40,118 bases of DNA, taken from IMG/VR virus record IMGVR_UViG_3300046779_000390, positions 1-40,118 of that record; one strand, given 5' to 3'. Position numbers and translations under genes: made by a program. The notes beneath the pieces are model-generated. The model saw only the letters and a program-made list of their open reading frames with translations, was not told where the DNA came from and searched no databases. Below, in pieces: positions 1-9,400 of the stretch (positions within the stretch are counted from its first letter, which is position 1; every line of letters starts with the position of its first letter). The stretch is from a virus. Lineage: Duplodnaviria > Caudoviricetes.

Positions 1-111
1 CGTTGATGCTCCTTAACGCTGCAGGGGCTGCAAGCCCAGTGGTTCCAGCAATCTCATTGCAGATGCCATCGATGTCTTTGAACTTATCTCTTGTGCGTCC
101 AGCCTGTGCCT
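1..111. repeat. Terminal direct repeat, left copy (circular assembly overlap)
   Basis: Identical to 40008-40118; a reading frame runs through the junction. Confidence 0.97.
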
Positions 112-250
112 TGATGTTCAAGGCTCCAACTGTTGCAAGTCCTGTTGTCCCAGCCCAGGCATTAGCAGCGCCCTGTTCGTCAAGTCCAGTAGTGCCAGCA
201 AGCCTGTTGAGTTCTGCTGTAAGGCTACTTCCTGCTGTGCCTAGTGCCAT
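1..250 (-). CDS. 84-aa probable virion protein spanning the circular junction (not in ORF track)
   Basis: ATG at 250; MALGTAGSSLTAELNRLAGTTGL...ALRSINA; last codon completed by 40007-40006 and TAA at 40005-40003 overlapping the next ATG. Three AGTTGL repeats. Confidence 0.85.
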   Translation of the reverse strand, partial: MALGTAGSSLTAELNRLAGTTGLDEQGAANAWAGTTGLATVGALNIKAQAGRTRDKFKDIDGICNEIAGTTGLAAPAALRSIN

Positions 251-252
251 TG

Positions 253-972
253 TTAACCCTTCTTGTAACGCTTTGGTAGTACTAAGTTAGATTGCTTTTC
301 TACTCCGCCAAAGAAGGCTTTGTAGTAATGCTCATCAAATGAGAATCGTTTCATATGGGGAACTGTTGCACCTGTGTGACAGTAGACTGGAACATCTGCC
401 TTATCGCATACTGCGAAGAAGTAGATATCCTCTCCCATAAATGTATTGCCAACTCCAACCTCTGTAAAGAATGGAGCATCTGGAAGTACCTCACGGATAC
501 GCTCAACCACACTGCGGTGCATTAGGACAAAGCCCATACCAGCAGCACCGACCTTGATAAGTTTGTTATCAGGTAGTGGGTGAATCCGTTGAATACCAAG
601 AACACCATCAGCCTCTGCGAACTCATATACCGTTGGCATAGGAATCATCAGTGGGTCTTCAGGTGTATCTGTTGTGAAGTAAACTCCAGTCATAATAGGA
701 CGCTCCTTGGCGTCCTTGTTATCCCAGAGCAACTTAAATTTATCGACACTGATAACTACATCTGAGTCAACCCAGAGTAGCCAGTCTGTCTTCTTCTGCT
801 CGTACCAGTAATTGATTACCTTCTCACGCTGTCGGGCAATCTGGTTGCCTTGACTGCGAAGTGAAGTATCAAATGTGATACCAGACTTGAGTAGTACATC
901 GACTACTCCTTGCATAAACTTTCCGTCTACATTACCGTTATCGCACCAAGCGATTGATACTGTCTCTTGCAT
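253..972 (-). CDS. Glycosyltransferase, GT-A/family 2-like
   Basis: WLLWVDSD (DxD motif), IARQR segment, GAAGMGFVLMHR and GEDIYF motifs. Confidence 0.85.
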   Translation of the reverse strand: MQETVSIAWCDNGNVDGKFMQGVVDVLLKSGITFDTSLRSQGNQIARQREKVINYWYEQKKTDWLLWVDSDVVISVDKFKLLWDNKDAKERPIMTGVYFTTDTPEDPLMIPMPTVYEFAEADGVLGIQRIHPLPDNKLIKVGAAGMGFVLMHRSVVERIREVLPDAPFFTEVGVGNTFMGEDIYFFAVCDKADVPVYCHTGATVPHMKRFSFDEHYYKAFFGGVEKQSNLVLPKRYKKG

Positions 973-986
973 TGTCCCCTGCTTTC

Positions 987-1136
987 TTACTTCTTCTTTG
1001 CTCTTGCGTTGTCAACTAGATTTGGATAAGGGCGTCCAGCCTTCTTAGCCATTGCTTTAGCCTTAGCCTTCTGAGCAGGTGTAAGCGGTGTTGACTTCTT
1101 CTTAGGGTTCTTCTTATCCCAGAATGCTTGCTTCAT
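987..1136 (-). CDS. 49-aa Lys-rich protein (not in ORF track)
   Basis: MKQAFWDKKNPKKKSTPLTPAQKAKAKAMAKKAGRPYPNLVDNARAKKK; TAATG coupling to upstream gene; fills the gap. Confidence 0.8.
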   Translation of the reverse strand: MKQAFWDKKNPKKKSTPLTPAQKAKAKAMAKKAGRPYPNLVDNARAKKK

Positions 1137-1393
1137 TACCACTTCACCTTATCTGCCCAATATGCTGCGCTCATTTTACCCTTAGCAATGTTCTTTGCGT
1201 GACGTGCTTTGAATGAAGCCTGACGTGCTGTTGGCTTCTTATCGCCAGTCACACCCTGCTGACCAAAGCGAATAGTCTTGACCTTCGCACCTTCTTTAGC
1301 CACAACAACGTGTGACTTAGTTGGGTGATTAGGTGTACGCTTTGGCTTGTTGAAGCCAGATACTCCTGCTCGCTTTAGTCGTGGGTCTTGCAT
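1136..1393 (-). CDS. Small basic phage protein (RFGQQG...FKARH...AYWA type)
   Basis: 85 aa, TAATG coupling at both ends; motif pattern familiar from aquatic phages, function unknown. Confidence 0.8.
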   Translation of the reverse strand: MQDPRLKRAGVSGFNKPKRTPNHPTKSHVVVAKEGAKVKTIRFGQQGVTGDKKPTARQASFKARHAKNIAKGKMSAAYWADKVKW

Positions 1394-1665
1394 TAGTAGT
1401 TGTCCATCCCTGGGTTGTTAAGGTATGCAGCCTTCTGTGATGGAGTCATATTGAAACCGCTAACGCGGTCTTTGCGAGCCTTCTCACGTGCTGCTGCAGC
1501 AGCCTTTGCCTGGCGTTCACGTTCCTTGGTATCAAATTCTGATTTACGTTCATTGAGTTTGTGGCTCTTGTATGCTGCTTTAGCGAGGCGTCCTGTAACT
1601 AGAGCCGCGCCTGCAGCAACAAGTCCACCACCAACTGCTTCGCTCATCTTATAGTCTCTAGCCAT
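1393..1665 (-). CDS. Hypothetical protein with N-terminal hydrophobic stretch and basic helix
   Basis: 90 aa, in operon order and translationally coupled. Confidence 0.7.
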   Translation of the reverse strand: MARDYKMSEAVGGGLVAAGAALVTGRLAKAAYKSHKLNERKSEFDTKERERQAKAAAAAREKARKDRVSGFNMTPSQKAAYLNNPGMDNY

Positions 1666-1803
1666 TTACTTCTTCTTACCCATCTTCTTCATTGTCTTCT
1701 TAGCAGCCTTCTTCATACCAGCCTTGGCTGAACCGTATTCCATCATACGTTCCTTCTTGCCTTCGCCCATTTCGTGCTTCTTATTCTTTGCTGACATCTT
1801 CAT
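1666..1803 (-). CDS. 45-aa Lys/Met-rich protein (not in ORF track)
   Basis: MKMSAKNKKHEMGEGKKERMMEYGSAKAGMKKAAKKTMKKMGKKK; TAATG coupling; fills the gap exactly. Confidence 0.8.
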   Translation of the reverse strand: MKMSAKNKKHEMGEGKKERMMEYGSAKAGMKKAAKKTMKKMGKKK

Positions 1804-2231
1804 TAGATTGCTCCCACTTCCTTGAGTACTTCGGTTGTCTTCTTGTTTATATCTTTTGTCTTCGGCATAGTCTCGGCGTTGTACGCCTTGCCTAATGTCG
1901 CTGACGCTTCATATGCTGCTTCTATGTGGGCACGTGTTGTGCCTGCTGGTTGGATACCTTGTGCTCTTGCATCTCGGTAAGCCTGAAGTTCGCCTGTCCA
2001 CTTCTTGTCAGGAATATCTCTGCCTGCATCTCCTGTGCCAAACTGAAGACCTCTGGCTTTACAGCCAAAGCAATCTTCATCACACTGGGTGTGGTCAATC
2101 TCTACTATGTCTAGGTCAGGGAATGGTGTCTCTCTGGTTTCATCGCAGAGTACACATCCCCACTTAGTTGCCTTGAAGTCGTGCTGTGGGGTGAAGCCCC
2201 ATTCAAGTACCTTGCTGATATGTATATGCAT
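1803..2231 (-). CDS. Hypothetical protein with Cys/His metal-binding motifs
   Basis: HxH, CVLC and HTQCDEDCFGC motifs; operon position. Confidence 0.75.
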   Translation of the reverse strand: MHIHISKVLEWGFTPQHDFKATKWGCVLCDETRETPFPDLDIVEIDHTQCDEDCFGCKARGLQFGTGDAGRDIPDKKWTGELQAYRDARAQGIQPAGTTRAHIEAAYEASATLGKAYNAETMPKTKDINKKTTEVLKEVGAI

Positions 2232-2240
2232 AGTTGTCCC

Positions 2241-2510
2241 TTACTGTGCTGTGAAGTTCGCCTCTGTTACACCAATGCCTGCGGCAATAAGTTCTGCCTT
2301 AGTTGCCTCGTTTACGGTGTAGTCATAGCCACCACGATAAACTGTGTCGTAGTCAAGAAGGTCCTCATCTACTGCATAGCGCAGAGTTGAGTAAGTACTG
2401 CCAGACTTGACAACAGTAATGCCACGCTTTAACTTGTAGAAGTAGAACAAACGAGCACCGCCCGCTGGACCCTCATCTACAGTTGGACCTCTGAATGTAT
2501 AGTCTGTCAT
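2241..2510 (-). CDS. Hypothetical virion protein downstream of the capsid gene
   Basis: 89 aa, AAGGAG ribosome-binding site. Confidence 0.75.
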   Translation of the reverse strand: MTDYTFRGPTVDEGPAGGARLFYFYKLKRGITVVKSGSTYSTLRYAVDEDLLDYDTVYRGGYDYTVNEATKAELIAAGIGVTEANFTAQ

Positions 2511-2533
2511 TGTTCTCCTTAGTGAACTTACTG

Positions 2534-2559
2534 ATGAGGCTAGGTTTCCCTAGCCCCAC
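2534..2559 (-). terminator. Stem-loop after major capsid gene (terminator or mRNA stabiliser, no U-tract)
   Basis: GTGGGGCTAGG-GAAA-CCTAGCCTCAT, 11-bp stem with GNRA tetraloop just after the capsid stop. Confidence 0.7.
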
Positions 2560-2570
2560 CCGTCAATCAA

Positions 2571-3524
2571 CTAAGCGATTGATGAACCTGATTCGATTCG
2601 GTATAGTGCTTCTTCACGGTAGCGTGCGAAGCCGAGTACGCCGTACCAACCCATTGGGCGGTGACGCATCAACTTGTCAACTACTGGTCCGATGACTACG
2701 TGTGGTTCTTCAGCAACTGCTTCTGCCATTGCCTGCTGTCCCGCGATGATTGTGCGGTAGTTACGAGCAGATGCTGCACCGTCAGTTGCGTTGTAAAGAC
2801 GTGGAGACTCAACGAAGTATGCACCTTCGTATGTTCCGATTTCTCCTGCCCAGATGCGGTCCTGTGATGAACCGTACTGGTTTGGAAGGAGCCATCCTGC
2901 TGAACCTGTCTCAGCGCGGAGGTCGTGTGAAACTTCTGGGTGGATACCAGCCCAGTAGAGTGAACCCTTGCGACCTGTTGCCTTACCAGCACGCAACTTC
3001 GCAACAGCCTTGCGAACGTTTGCTGATGCAAGTGTCGCTGCTGCTGTGATTGTTGCTGTTGATGTTGCTGTTGCTCCTGCGTAGATGACGTTTGAGCCAC
3101 CACGAAGTGTTGTCATTGCAACTGAGTCGATTGAGTCAGCAAGGTTGAATGCGATGATGTTAGCAATCGCTGGGTCAACATCTGCAAGTGAGAAGAGTTC
3201 AAGTGCACGAGTTACGAGAACTGAGTTACCGTACTCTGCAAGTGTGATTGTCACAGATGTTGGAGTAGATAGTGCTACTGCATCTGGGTCTGTATCTTCT
3301 GTGAGTGCAGTTGTTGCTGCTGAAAGGTCAACGTACTTCTGGAGTACAACTGTTGAACCTGGGATTGACTGGTTTGCTGGGCGCTTGTCTGCTACTGAGC
3401 GAATGAGTGGCTCTGAACGGAGTGCGAACTCCAAGAGACGGTCATAAGCCTTTTGGACAAGACCTGCAGCACCAGCGGTACCTCCGAGTGTAGAGGAACC
3501 TGTTGATGTAAATGCGTTTGCCAT
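2571..3524 (-). CDS. Major capsid protein (HK97 fold, N4-gp56-like)
   Basis: 317 aa; IHPEVSHDLR and GEIGTYEGAYFVES motifs; AAGGA ribosome-binding site; follows scaffold. Confidence 0.92.
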   Translation of the reverse strand: MANAFTSTGSSTLGGTAGAAGLVQKAYDRLLEFALRSEPLIRSVADKRPANQSIPGSTVVLQKYVDLSAATTALTEDTDPDAVALSTPTSVTITLAEYGNSVLVTRALELFSLADVDPAIANIIAFNLADSIDSVAMTTLRGGSNVIYAGATATSTATITAAATLASANVRKAVAKLRAGKATGRKGSLYWAGIHPEVSHDLRAETGSAGWLLPNQYGSSQDRIWAGEIGTYEGAYFVESPRLYNATDGAASARNYRTIIAGQQAMAEAVAEEPHVVIGPVVDKLMRHRPMGWYGVLGFARYREEALYRIESGSSIA

Positions 3525-3563
3525 TTAGGTTTATTCCTTTAGTGTTAGAAACTATGATTGGAT

Positions 3564-4043
3564 TTATTGCGAACGAAGAACGTTCAAGAAATCATCCAGG
3601 TTATCTGCCTGGTCCATTCTCAAACTTAGATTCTCTGCTCTGTCGGGTGTTAATGCACCCTGAGTGATAACGTCCTGCTGACGTAATGCAGCACGGTCCA
3701 TCTCACTCGCTTGCGGTGCTTCCTGAGTCTGAGTAAGCCCGAACAAATCTCCGTTATCTTCTAGCCAGTTATTCACTGACTCTTCTGATACATCGTCTAT
3801 GTCCTTGAGGATTAGTCGTACTGCTTTAGGATTCACACCCTTCTTTTCTAGGACTTCCTTGACGGTTCGCTCACGCTGCGACTTGGATAAAGTCTCAAGT
3901 TGCTCAGTGAGTTCCTTGATTCGCTTCTCGTCATTACGCTTGGCTTTCCGCAACTTCTTTAAGAGGTCACTTCCGTCCATTTGTGTTTCAGATACATCGG
4001 TATCTAGGTCATCGTCTTCTTCGTCCCAGTAGTTGTTGCTCAT
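3564..4043 (-). CDS. Capsid scaffolding protein
   Basis: Acidic N-terminus plus coiled coil directly upstream of capsid gene; ATG at 4043 preferred (GAAGGGTGG upstream). Confidence 0.75.
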   Translation of the reverse strand: MSNNYWDEEDDDLDTDVSETQMDGSDLLKKLRKAKRNDEKRIKELTEQLETLSKSQRERTVKEVLEKKGVNPKAVRLILKDIDDVSEESVNNWLEDNGDLFGLTQTQEAPQASEMDRAALRQQDVITQGALTPDRAENLSLRMDQADNLDDFLNVLRSQ

Positions 4044-4070
4044 AGCAACTGCCACCCTTCTCTATTAGTT

Positions 4071-4160
4071 AGTTCGCAAGCCTCAGGTTCCATTCGGGGG
4101 ATTGGTCTGGCTCTTGCTACCAGTCTGTTACGCTGACGGGGCTGGTCGGTCCGTTCAGGA
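4071..4160 (-). ncRNA. Candidate cis-regulatory structured RNA in the scaffold leader
   Basis: Hairpin CUGA(A)CGG/CCGUCAG whose loop ACCAG can pair with downstream CUGGU, then a long irregular hairpin closed by GCAAG/CUUGC. Confidence 0.5.
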
Positions 4161-4171
4161 TTCTTGTTTGT

Positions 4172-5503
4172 TTAGAAAGTGCCTCGTGTTTGTGAGGTCA
4201 GGCTTGCCCTGTTGACGCCTGCGCTTCCACCGAAGCGTGCCTTCTCTTGTTCAGTCAAGGCTGTACGTGCACGCTTTGCAGATGCAAGTCCTTGGAATGC
4301 TTCTTGTTCAGCCTGTAGTTGACCGTAATCTTCTCCAGTTGAAATCTGAGATAGGAAGTCTGCACGAGGTGTAACCTCAGCAACTGTCTGGAATCCAGCA
4401 CGTGCCTGCTCTTTAGTGACACCAAGGTTTGCAAGAGTCTCAGCACCCATAAGGATGTTTGTCTTTCCTTGAGATGTCTTAATACCCTGAGCAAGTGCGG
4501 CTCCGCCGATTTCACCAATCTGAATCTTGCGCTGTAGCGCAGGAAGTCCCTCTTTAGGGTCAAGCACTGCGTTAACAATGTCAGCCTGATTGAGCATTGG
4601 ATAGTACTCAGCCAGTGCCTTCTTAGTATCTGCGTCTGCATTCTGTACGCGATTAACAGCAAGACCTACACGGTCAGATACTTCTGCTGCAGATACATCA
4701 TTGGCAATAAACTGGTTTAACTTATCTCGTGTTGCAAGGCTAGATACACCGTAACTCTGTAGAACTTCTGTGTAAGAACGCTCTGCACGTAGGTATTCTG
4801 CTGGGCTTAATACTGATTTACCTGCAGCAAGGCGAGCCTTGTTTGCTGGGAATCGTGTCTGAAATGCTACTGCTAGTGGGTCATTGCTGTTAGGGTCTTG
4901 CATAATCAACTGAATGGTGTCAGATGAGTAGCCCTTCATTACAGCATTGGTGATTGCATCACCTAGGTCACCGATTCCATAAGAGGAAAGAAGTGCTTTG
5001 ATTGCAGCAATTGAATCAACTCTACTAGTTGTTGATGTAGCAGTGTTGATTGCTGATGCAACCCATCCCTTGTTATCGTCCCAAGTGTATGTATTGCCAT
5101 CTTGTGGCATCGCTGGCTTTGCCCACTTTGTGCCATCCCAAATCCACGCTGAACCTGGCTGACCCTTTGGTGCTCCAGTTCCAGTGCCCGTGCCAGTTCC
5201 TGTACCTGCACCAGCAGTTCCAGTTGTTCCTGTCTTTGCAGCAACACTTGTTGTGTCGACTCCAGGGACTCCAGCACCAGTGATGTAGTTAGGTGTAGTT
5301 GTTGATGTGTAACCAGCAGGAGCACCACCGATGGTAACGGTAGGTTGCATAGTAGTTGTTGGCTTATAGCCAGCAGGGGCACCACCAATTGTTACTGTAG
5401 GCTGCAGTCCTGTTGCTGGTTTAGGTGTGACGCCAGCGTTAGGATTGTAAGTAAGTCCAGTAAGTGGGTTGTAAGTTATTTTAGGTTCTGGTGCAATAGC
5501 CAT
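4172..5503 (-). CDS. Probable internal virion (ejection) protein
   Basis: 443 aa; low-complexity Thr/Gly/Pro N-terminus and helical C-terminus; last of three genes between portal and scaffold. Confidence 0.6.
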   Translation of the reverse strand: MAIAPEPKITYNPLTGLTYNPNAGVTPKPATGLQPTVTIGGAPAGYKPTTTMQPTVTIGGAPAGYTSTTTPNYITGAGVPGVDTTSVAAKTGTTGTAGAGTGTGTGTGTGAPKGQPGSAWIWDGTKWAKPAMPQDGNTYTWDDNKGWVASAINTATSTTSRVDSIAAIKALLSSYGIGDLGDAITNAVMKGYSSDTIQLIMQDPNSNDPLAVAFQTRFPANKARLAAGKSVLSPAEYLRAERSYTEVLQSYGVSSLATRDKLNQFIANDVSAAEVSDRVGLAVNRVQNADADTKKALAEYYPMLNQADIVNAVLDPKEGLPALQRKIQIGEIGGAALAQGIKTSQGKTNILMGAETLANLGVTKEQARAGFQTVAEVTPRADFLSQISTGEDYGQLQAEQEAFQGLASAKRARTALTEQEKARFGGSAGVNRASLTSQTRGTF

Positions 5504-6405
5504 TATCCAACCAATCCGAATGTCTTAGCAAGGCTATTGGCTAGGTTGCTCATAGTGTCTTGTGCATTCTTAGTAAAGCGCCACTTAGGGTTGTTACGCA
5601 GAGATACTTCATAGTCGTACAAGTTCATAAGATTCTTAGGGTCTTTTGCTACAGACTGGAGTTCTTTAAGGTCGATAGCATCTGCATCTTCTTCAAGGAT
5701 ATTTGCACGTGTCTGAAGGTATGGGCTAAGTAGTTGCTTAACTGTGTATCCCTTATCAATCTTGTCAGAGAGTGCTGGGAAAAATGTCTTAGCCTGTAGG
5801 TTGATAAGGTTAAGTTCAGACTTCAACTTATCTGGGTTCAATGCCACGTTTGTTGCATTCTGTAGTAATGACTGCATATTTACTGGCAAGCCATTCTCGG
5901 CATATGCATTTCTAAGGGTTGTAACACTCACGCCGAAGTTACCCTTATTCAATGCTGAAACAGAAACTGGGTCACCAGTGTTAGCCTTAGCAATAAGGTT
6001 GGTTGCATAACTCTTGAGATACTTGTTAAGGATATCCTGGCGCTCTTGAGCAGATACACCCTGGATAACTATGTTGTTACCCTTGCCCTTAATCTGCTTA
6101 TTTGTACGGCTTGACTGAAGTGAGATTAGTTCATTGGCATAAGCCCTTAGAACATCCTTAGGCGCTGTTGAACCAAACATAGTGCTGAAGGCATCTGAGA
6201 ACTCGGCATTTGCTTCACCGATTGAAGATACAGATGCGTATGGCTCTGACTGAGCGTACTGACCAGCATATCCTGCACCAAGTTCAGTGTTAACTGGCGC
6301 ACCAATATTAGGATTGCTGTCATCCTGGTCACGAACCACTAATGGTACGTCTGCTCCAGCATAAACTTTATCGTTGTCTTTATCTACAGACACGCTATTC
6401 TCCAA
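5503..6405 (-). CDS. Probable internal virion protein
   Basis: 300 aa, coupled to both neighbours in the structural operon. Confidence 0.6.
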   Translation of the reverse strand: MENSVSVDKDNDKVYAGADVPLVVRDQDDSNPNIGAPVNTELGAGYAGQYAQSEPYASVSSIGEANAEFSDAFSTMFGSTAPKDVLRAYANELISLQSSRTNKQIKGKGNNIVIQGVSAQERQDILNKYLKSYATNLIAKANTGDPVSVSALNKGNFGVSVTTLRNAYAENGLPVNMQSLLQNATNVALNPDKLKSELNLINLQAKTFFPALSDKIDKGYTVKQLLSPYLQTRANILEEDADAIDLKELQSVAKDPKNLMNLYDYEVSLRNNPKWRFTKNAQDTMSNLANSLAKTFGLVG

Positions 6406-9400
6406 TCAAAGGTTCAAATAAATTCCAGTAGAGTGACTTGGCGTTAGGGTTATCGCCAGCAATCTGACGCAGAACGTCTTTGAGGTCTTCTCTGATTGCC
6501 TTCTTGTAACCAGAGTCATAGTCTGTTCTTCCAGTAACGCCGTTAATCTGGGCTGTGCCCTGGTCATACTGGACAATCATTGCTGCAAATACATCTGCAA
6601 GTTTCTTATCTGGTGACTTACCGCTGTATACAACATTACGTAGGTCATCTAGTGCTTCCTTCTTGAGAGCAAGATATGCACCATCTGGAGATATCTGCTT
6701 GGCTAGAAGTGGGTAAGACTTCTTAAAGAAATCAGATTCCAACTTCCACTGCTCACGAAGGTAGCGACGCTTACCAGAATCCGCTGTCTCTAGGATTGTC
6801 TGGTCGTATAAATCTTTACGAGTGTTGTACTGCTGGCGAGCATCTGCTGTAGAAGCCTCACGTAAGAAGTCCTCAAGGTCCTTGTTCTTAACAAGACCCT
6901 GTGACTTAAGGTATGTGTACGCTTCGATATCGCTTGTCCCGTTAATCGGGATAAAGAATGCTGCCGCTTGCTTGTTGTTCTTGATTAACTCTGAGTTATT
7001 CTTAACAAACTGTGCTGCCTCGTATGTCTTAGCAAATGATGCTTCTGTACCAGCAGTTGTCTTTGCAACTGCATATACAGTCTTGCTTGGATATAGAGTA
7101 GCGAACTGTACGAAAGCCTTCTCGAATGCGTGGTCATCATCAGCGTAGCGGCTGAGAATCTTCGCAAACTCTGAGTCCCAAGTGAAGTATCCAGCATCAA
7201 TCATTTCCTTTGGAACATCCTTGGTAGCAAACATCTGCACAGATGCAGGTGCTCCAAGTCCAGTTACAAAGCGTAGTGCCATAATGTTGGTAGCCTGAAT
7301 GATTGCATTGGTGGTAAATGGGTTGATATCTGCACCAGTTGTAGGACCGTTGCCAGTAGATATCAGCAATCTCATAGCCTGTACAGCAGCAGAGTATTTC
7401 TGCTCTGTCATCATAGTCTTATCGTTCTTGATACCTAGGTCAATCAGTCGCTGGATGTTAATTGGTGTGGTCTTGCGCCACCATTCCTGGTCAGGTGATG
7501 CACCTGTAAGAACTGGTCCCGCTGAACGCACCCAAGCACCAATGCCAGGGATATTCTCAAGCACCGTTGTAGAAAGTCCGATAAACGGACCGCTAAGACG
7601 TAGTGCTGCAGACTCTGGGTCAAGAGATGGTGTGAGCATCTTGACTTTGCCACCGAAGTTAGAGGACATTGGCTGTGCACCAGGGATACCTAGTAGTTTG
7701 AACGCTGTATTACCTAGTACGTAGTTAAGAACATCGTCTCCTGGGTAGGTAAAGTACATCTCACCGTTGTTATCCTTGTGGATAAAGCCAGAATGCTCGA
7801 ATGTCTGGTTAGTAATTGCAAGACGCACCAAGGCACGCTTCTCATACTTACTCAAACGTGCAACACGACGATAGAAGTCTTCAGTTGCGCGGTAGTAACG
7901 ACCAAAGTTACGCAGGTTGAACGCAAGGTTGGTACGAATATCAGAGTTATCTACATAACCAAGGGTTCTCTGACGAGCAAGGTTGATTGCAACCTCGTGT
8001 GACTGGCTGCGTGCAAGTTTATCTGCTACAGCATCATCGATTCCAGCGTCGAGTAGACCCTTTTTGAAGTTACTTTCGTACTTTATTAAGTCATCACGGT
8101 ACATAATGTAGTTACCGTAGGTAATTGGCTCACGGTCAAGGATAGAAATTTGCTTTCCAACCCAAGCGTAACCATTCTTCATAACACGGTCAAAGAATCC
8201 GATGCTATCGCCATCTACAAGAGGAACAAGTTCACGTCCAAGGACGGTCTTTGGCATCTGGAAGTTCTCGTTGTACTTGTGAAGTTGCTTAAAGTCAAAG
8301 TTATCGATACCACCAGAAGCCTTAATCTCTTCAATTAGGTTCTTGTTGAGTCGACCTGAGTAGTCACGTAGAGCATTTGTAGCATCTGCATAGATGCGAC
8401 GAGCGAACTCGTATGAACCTTCAGAGTTATAGATAGCAAACTTCTTGGCTAGTTCATTTCCCTTGCCATCAAGGTACTGTGCGACTGCTTCAATCGCATC
8501 TTCTTCCTTGCGGTAGATGTTACTGAATACAATCTGACCAAAGATGTTTCTCTTGCCAATTGTGTTGTGCAAATCTAGGTACCAGTTAAGTAGGAAGTCT
8601 GTACGGTTGTAAGCAATCTCTCCGTATACAGTGCTGAACTTTACTTCCTTGAGAGCCTTAGTAATATCTGGGTTAAGTGCTACAGATGGACCATACTGGC
8701 GTAGGTAGTTAGCAGTAGATTCTGCTATATCTTCCTTGAACTCAGCCTGGCGCACAGCGCCGTTGATTTCCTGCATAACTGTGTTACCACCATTGGTAAC
8801 CCAATCTTCAGCGTATCCTGCGGCACGCTTGCCCTTTGCTGTTTGCAAGAACTCAGGCTTGAAACGGTCCTTGAGAAGTGACTTGCCAATAGCCTGAGCC
8901 AATTCTTCTGGATTATCAGCCATAGCGAGAATCTCTTGCTTGCTGTAATTCTTACGTGTAATGTTGTAAAGAGTGCGAGATATGATTCCGAGAGGACTTA
9001 CTTCCTTCTCAATCTTTCGCCCTGCGCTAATCTTAAGTGTTGGAGCAGATGCCTTACGGATTTCCTGAGACATTGCAAAACCCTTGAAGTAGTTTGCGAT
9101 ACCCTCGGCACCGCCGATAAGTGCTGCTGTACCAACTTCTTCAACGCTTGTACGAATACCAAGACGTGGGTAGAGGTTTAGATAGGACCAGATATCTGTA
9201 ACCTTTTGGTTAACTACTGATTCACCGACCTTACCAGTGATTGCAGAGAATACGTTGCCACGAAGTTCAAACTTGCGTAGGTCAACAAGGTTAGGCATAT
9301 AGCGTGACTGGCTTGTCTGATAAGCACGAACACCACGTTGAGCACCATTGAGTTCTGCAGCGTTGAAAGAATCAACATCAGCAGGGTCTAGGTCATCAAT

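Noticed and set aside
5293-5407. 57-bp tandem duplication (QPTVTIGGAPAGY twice)
   Set aside because: Ordinary intragenic protein repeat with synonymous divergence.
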